Shown one piece after another: positions 35,728-41,499 of a stretch of DNA of 41,499 nucleotides. The first letter of the stretch is position 1. Each line of letters begins with the position of its first letter. The notes beneath the pieces were generated by a model. That model was not told the DNA's origin, made no database searches, and was given only the letters and a program-made list of their open reading frames with translations. The translations under genes and the position numbers were made by a program. This DNA comes from Octopus bimaculoides (taxonomy: Eukaryota), in the NCBI RefSeq assembly GCF_001194135.2, contig NC_068983.1, forward strand, positions 139,247,604 to 139,289,102, read 5' to 3'.

Positions 35728-35981
35728 GTTTTAGGGGAAAAAAAAAACAAGATTCATAAACTCATCGATGAAAATCCACTGTCACATATAGAAAAAAAAT
35801 AATAAGTAAAAGCACAATAAATAAGTATAATATAGTAAAAAGTAAATATCATAAGAGAAAGATAATAAAACGACTACACGTGTAGTCATAGATTATTGCA
35901 TATTGTATATGTATATTATTGTATATGTGACAGTGGATTTTCAACGATGAGTTCATGAACCTTGTTCTTTTCCCCTAAAAC
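35728..35981. mobile_element. MITE, ~60-bp TIRs, TA flanks
   Basis: GTTTTAGGGGAAAA...CAAGATTCATAAACTCATCGATGAAAATCCACTGTCACATATA (35728-35790) is mirrored by TATATGTGACAGTGGATTTTCAACGATGAGTTCATGAACCTTG...TTTTCCCCTAAAAC (35922-35981). It is inserted in (TA)n. Confidence 0.85.
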
Positions 35982-36333
35982 TATATATTTATATATATTT
36001 TATTCTGTGAAACTTAATTTAATTTTAATTTTTAATAAATTGATTTTTTACCTGTAATTTTGGATTTCATCCCTAATATTATATATATATGTATATGTAT
36101 GTGTGTGTGTGTGTGCGTCTGTGTGTGTGTGTGTGTGTGTGTGCGTGCGCGCGCGCGTGTGTGCGTGTACACTACCATATCGGATGCACAAAGTGAGTTG
36201 GCAAACGATTATTGAGCGGGTGGGTGTTGTGCANNNNNNNNNNNNNNNNNNNNNNNNNNNNNNNNNNNNNNNNNNNNNNNNNNNNNNNNNNNNNNNNNNN
36301 NNNNNNNNNNNNNNNNNNNNNNNNNNNNNNNNN

Positions 36334-36373
<40 letters not shown>

Positions 36374-37084
36374 AAGAAAGCGATATCTATATATATGAAA
36401 CGTGAGTTAGTGCGTGTCTCGAATACAACTTAAATCCAGATATTGTACACATATCCAGATATTACGTATTACGTAAATTGTTACAAAGAACACACACACA
36501 TACACACAGACACACACTGAAAAACATATACATATTTTGAATGTTTGTTATTTTTAAACAAAAGCTTAACTTTTGTTGTGTTGTGTATTAAAATCAAATC
36601 GGAATTATATGTGTGCCTTATCAAAAAACTTATGTTTCGTAGGTCTTTTGTATTGCATTGGACCAATTACATCTAATTGCTTTCTTCGTGTTGAATAATT
36701 AACTATAATCTATACGCACTTAGCTGACACTCTCTTTTGAATCAGGAGTTCAGACAATATTAATTCGATAATTAATCTAATTAAGCAAGAAGCGAATCTC
36801 ACAATCATTTGTAAGACTCTTCGTATACATAATTACAAAAATTATGACTAATTGATAAATGTTAATAACATCAGTATGCTACATTGAGAAAGCAGGAAAT
36901 ATGACTTAACACTCGAAATTATGCACTAAAGAAATATTTCGCATTTGCAGATTTCTCTCTGTCATCAAGGCAACATTCATCATTGGAGTATAAGCAAATT
37001 TAATGCTACTTATAGTACATAGGCAGAAGAAAGGATCGGCAGATTCCAGAATTTAGCGTATGCATAGACGTGTGTATGTATGTA

Positions 37085-37127
<43 letters not shown>

Positions 37128-37224
37128 GCATACATAATACACATACACACACACAGAGACAGACAGACAGACACACACATACACACACACACACAGACAC
37201 ACACACGTACACACATATATATAT

Positions 37225-37603
37225 GGAGGCGCAGTGGCCCACTGGTTAGGGCAGCGGTCTCGTGGTCATAGGATCTCGGTTTCGATTCCCACACCGGGCG
37301 TTGCGAGTGTTTATTGAGCGATAACACATAAAGCTCGACGGGGCTCCAGCAGAGGGTTCTGGCAAACCCTGCTGTACTCTTTCACCACAACTTTCTCTCA
37401 CCCTTTCTTCCTGTTTCTGTTGTACCTGTATTTCAAAGAGTCAGCCTTCTAACACTCTGTGTCACACTGGATCACTCCGAGAACTACGTTAAGGGTACAC
37501 GTGTCTGAGGAGTGCTCAGCCACTTGCAAGTTAATTTCACGAGCAGGCTGTTCCGTTGATCGCATCAACTGGAACCTTCGTCATCTTAACCGACGGAGTG
37601 CCA
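37225..37603 (+). mobile_element. tRNA-derived SINE, family K
   Basis: GGAGGCGCAGTGGCCCACTGGTTAGGG (A-box) and GGTTTCGATTCCC (B-box), followed by a ~300-bp GC-richer body. Confidence 0.75.
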
Positions 37604-37925
37604 CGATATGCATACACGATGTAGTTTCAAAAAATAACAGCAAACGTTCTCTGTGGGACAGACCCGTAGTAGTTCAGGCTTTCGCCATTAGATGCAACTT
37701 GATACGACTTTCAGGTATCAGTTTGCCGACCGGTGTCTTTGGTGTACCTCGACTGATGCATTGCTTCAAAAGAGACATCCTCTGAAGTGAAATAATATTT
37801 GAAAGACGTATAAGAATAGGTGCAGCGCTAATATTTATTAAACATGTGACATATTAATGAAAATCTGTAAATGTACAACCATCCAGATATCTGAGTAACT
37901 CATTCTTTTTTCTAATGTATAATTC

Positions 37926-37971
<46 letters not shown>

Positions 37972-38521
37972 ATTGTTCAACGGAACAATGATGCTATAAA
38001 AAGAGACATTATCTGAANNNNNNNNNNNNNNNNNNNNNNNNNNNNNNNNNNNNNNNNNNNNNNNNNNNNNNNNNNNNNNNNNNNNNNNNNNNNNNNNNNN
38101 NNNNNNNNNNNNNNNNNNNNNNNNNNNNNNNNNNNNNNNNNNNNNNNNNNNNNNNNNNNNNNNNNNNNNNNNNNNNNNNNNNNNNNNNNNNNNNNNNNNN
38201 NNNNNNNNNNNNNNNNNNNNNNNNNNNNNNNNNNNNNNNNNNNNNNNNNNNNNNNNNNNNNNNNNNNNNNNNNNNNNNNNNNNNNNNNNNNNNNNNNNNN
38301 NNNNNNNNNNNNNNNNNNNNNNNNNNNNNNNNNNNNNNNNNNNNNNNNNNNNNNNNNNNNNNNNNNNNNNNNNNNNNNNNNNNNNNNNNNNNNNNNNNNN
38401 NNNNNNNNNNNNNNNNNNNNNNNNNNNNNNNNNNNNNNNNNNNNNNNNNNNNNNNNNNNNNNNNNNNNNNNNNNNNNNNNNNNNTATATATACATGCATG
38501 TGCATCTGTATACGTGTATAT

Positions 38522-38761
38522 AATAAATAAAAGCGCCCTTTTAAAGCCTAGCCAGGCTCATGGGCCCGGTTTCCCGGTTTCAATGGCGTATGCGTTCCCC
38601 AGCTGGACGGGACGCTAGTCCATTTTGCCAGCTGAGTGGACTGGGGCAACGTGAAATGAAGTGTTTTGCTCAAGAACACAAGGCGTTGCCCGGTCCAGGA
38701 ATCGAAACCACGATCTTACGATCATGGTGCTGATACCCTAACCGATAAGCCACGTGTCGCC
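38522..38761 (-). mobile_element. tRNA-derived SINE, family L
   Basis: Minus strand: GGCGACACGTGGCTTATCGGTTAGGG...GGTTTCGATTCCTGGACC, then TTGTGTTCTTGAGCAAAACACTTCA...GGACTAGCGTCCCGTCCAG (V-domain-like, inference) and a (TTTA)-type tail. Confidence 0.8.
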
Positions 38762-39570
38762 ACATATACGTGTATGCATATCGGTATTTATGTGTCTATG
38801 TCTGTATATGTATATGTATATCCACACATAAATACTTTTATACACAACGGCTCAAAGGCGCACACATCATAAATTCCGCTGACGCATTTTCATCAAGCTT
38901 TCGTTTTTATACCGTTAACATTAATCTATTGTATAATTATACATTTACTAGAAAACGTATAAATTGAGTATGCACCAATCTGCTGCGTGTTGAATTGTCT
39001 GGTACTGCGTAGCATAGAAAGAGTGTGAACTAAAAAAGTAGTCTATTGAAACAATATATATTTCACTAATAAATATTTTGATATTTGAATAAATTTACAC
39101 CATTTTTGAACTCTTTATGCTCACTAATTGCAGTCGCAAATATTTTATATTGTTTTAGAAAGAGATGAGATAAAAATTAATGTGCTTATTTGAACTTCTG
39201 ATGTTCTACTTAATGACAGACACTCGATTGCAAAAGAACAAACTCATATCTATTTTCAGGCCGATTAATTCATGCACGCGTAGTCATGCTTAGCAGGACT
39301 CAATAAAAATGGTTGCAAGATTTGAACCATGAAATCCAGTACCATACCCACAGTGCCATTCATACTTTAGATATTTGTTAAGAAACATTTTAAAGCTTAA
39401 AACTATTTTCAGTTGAAATATATAATTATTAAACGTATATTACAGATATTCACCAGATCAGCAGTTTGAAATTTCACAAGTCTTATGATGAGATACGTTA
39501 CAGCCATGAATACCTCGCATTAGAAAAAAAAAAAAAACGATATGCATCTAACTCTACATTACTCAAGTAC

Positions 39571-39780
39571 CTGCTTTCTTTTGTGACCTCATTGCTAGGC
39601 ATCTGACGGAAACTGGAAGCTTTTTCTTCAGGCGGACTAAAGCCAAAGCCGTTTTGATTGGTGATGGTAAGCGTGTGAAAGATTCCTTCCTTTAGGTTTG
39701 AACATAGAAACGACGAGTTGTCAGTATAACCCAAATGTCTATAGATATAACCATTGACACCATGCAGTTCATCAATTATG
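39571..39780 (-). CDS. Candidate internal exon encoding the C-terminal half of a fibronectin type III-like domain
   Basis: TTCGTTAATAG| ... AG|GTACTT boundaries; 210 nt, phase 2-2, stop-free: IIDELHGVNGYIYRHLGYTDNSSFLCSNLKEGIFHTLTITNQNGFGFSPPEEKASSFRQMPSNEVTKES. NLKEG...L.I...N..G.SP follows the FN3 E-F-G strand pattern without gaps. Confidence 0.5.
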
Positions 39781-40899
39781 CTATTAACGAATTAACTTTT
39801 ATAAAATTTCTATACAATTAGTATCTGTGAATTACTAAATAGGAAAATGAAACATTGTGAAGTGACATGAAAACTGACGGCATTTCAGTCTTAGATCTGT
39901 AAGGAAATTAAAGAAAACAACACAATTATCGTTGGGGACTTAAATGATATCATCTGGAAAATGTGTTTCATGATGCAGGGAAAGCACTCAAAGCAGGGTG
40001 TGTTGGGACCCTTTTTGGTTAAAGAGAAAAGCTTTTTAAAGTAACGTGTGTAATACTAGACTTCAAATCGTCACGTCGAAATTGTCAGTTTTAAAACAAT
40101 GTTATTTTGGGATGAGATATTGTGTTGTATTTACCTTTTATACAAACTATCGAATATATATATATATATGTATGTATTTAAACTGGCACATGTTAATTTA
40201 TTAGCATAACGTTCATTGCACATTTGGGATGGAAAGTTGTGTGCCATCTATTACTTTTTCATCCTGTTTTGTATATTTTCATGGGTCAACTATGAAAATT
40301 AGATTTGAATGGTTTCTGTTTTTTTTGGATGTGTATTGCTAATAATAATGACGGTGATGATAGCAATAATAATGGGACCCTGAGGAGATGGAGTATCCTA
40401 TATTTTATAATATTTTATGATATGTATTAATCATTCTGGATGTTCTATCGAAATGTACATAGGTCTATTTATTTGTTATTATTATTGTTATTATTGTTAT
40501 TGTTATTGCAATAAAGTATNNNNNNNNNNNNNNNNNNNNNNNNNNNNNNNNNNNNNNNNNNNNNNNNNNNNNNNNNNNNNNNNNNNNNNNNNNNNNNNNN
40601 NNNNNNNNNNNNNNNNNNNNNNNNNNNNNNNNNNNNNNNNNNNNNNNNNTTATAAAATCTTTTTGGTATATAAACACTGTATTTTGGGTTTCGTGTTGTC
40701 TTTTCAAATTTCTCTACTTCATTGTAATATGTGTTCGCTCCAGTCTGAAAAGAAGAGTTCTAGATAGGGGAAGGTAATTAGGGATTTCTTCCGGTATAAG
40801 GGAGATAATCGAAATCTAGGAGGTGGTAGAATTTACCATGGTTTTGTTCTATATTTTTTTCCTTCACAGTGGTGTGATGAATTTCCTTATTCAAATGTG

Positions 40900-41499
40900 T
40901 TAGCAATGGTTAAGTTTGGGTTTGTATTTTTGAATGAAAAAGGTTTCCTTATTTAATCTAATTTGTGTTGATATTCTAATGACACATTGATAGAAAGGAA
41001 AGATTATAAATTGTGGTAGCATTTGTTTTGCGCATTTCTCAATATGCTCACTAAAAGGTATCATTCCGTATTCTGGGTATGCAATCTGCTGTCGATGCAG
41101 AGTGCATCTGCGTCTGAGCGATAATCCTGTGAACCCTATGTAGTTTTCGTGGCAGCCTGAGCATCTTATTACATAAATAAGGTTTTCTGAGGCACAAGTA
41201 AAGTCAGATTTAACTTTGAATTTGTGTCCCTCTTTGAAGAGGAATTCTGAACCTTCTAGAATGTTTGGGCATGTTGCCCAATTTGGTCGACCACGTTTTT
41301 TTACTTTTGCATCTGTTATTTTGGAAAATAATTATGCCTTTGTGAGGATCTTTTTCAGTGATTTTGGTTGTTTGTGGCTTTTACTGATTTTGTGTGTGTG
41401 TAAAATTCCCTTTAATTTGGGGTCCTTATGTAGCATTGGTATGTTTTGGGTGATGCTGGTGAAGGCTTCTTTGTTTCTGGGGTTGTATGTGGATATGTA
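40900..41499 (-). mobile_element. Neptune-like PLE 3' end: RT thumb/linker plus GIY-YIG endonuclease, one internal stop
   Basis: 200 codons in one frame: YISTYNPRNKEAF...PKSLKKILTKA*...KKRGRPNWATCP...FTCASENLIYVIRCSGCHENYIGFTG..LRRRCTLHRQQI...SEHIEKC...FIIFPF...R..KETFFIQKYKPKLNHC*. The element continues beyond the window. Confidence 0.9.

Noticed and set aside
37615-37790. GC-richer segment with a minus-strand acceptor-like site and a 19-mer echoed at 37999-38017
   Set aside because: No frame gives a convincing stop-free exon; the echo may be chance.
39900-39960. IIVGDLN peptide resembling a LINE endonuclease motif
   Set aside because: Too short, with no other LINE motif nearby.
3169-40767. 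Long ORFs containing X runs or HT/CV/YI/RE dipeptide repeats
   Set aside because: Artefacts of the nine N gaps (about 3252-3680, 21963-22182, 23148-23895, 30044-30320, 32480-32548, 34485-34878, 36234-36333, 38018-38484, 40520-40649) and dinucleotide microsatellites.
1-41499. CRISPR array, rRNA, prokaryotic operon or terminator
   Set aside because: No repeat-spacer periodicity, rRNA motifs or gene-dense organisation; the sequence is eukaryotic in character.

Overview
AT-rich eukaryotic genomic DNA from a gapped draft assembly: nine N-runs, most flanked by microsatellites or homopolymers. The microsatellite load and the tRNA-headed SINE families suggest an octopus/cephalopod genome (inference, not a database result). 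There is one convincing intact protein-coding ORF, an uninterrupted two-box HMGB-like gene at 11425-12024 (+). A probable isolated FN3-type exon lies on the minus strand at 39571-39780. The rest is mostly mobile-element debris. Five Penelope-like (PLE) coding relics appear to come from about four lineages: Penelope/Poseidon-like, Naiad-like RT, two with a CxC-x5-C-x5-C linker, and Neptune-like. There are also mariner/Tc1 relics, MITEs and at least three tRNA-SINE families. The most unusual items are (i) a ~280-bp element at 34932-35210 joining a perfect 16-bp UACG hairpin, a tRNA-like Pol III head and an intact-looking minimal hammerhead ribozyme, and (ii) a 231-bp, 98%-identical inverted duplication around a SINE at ~7200-8073. 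No rRNA, genuine tRNA gene or CRISPR array was seen.
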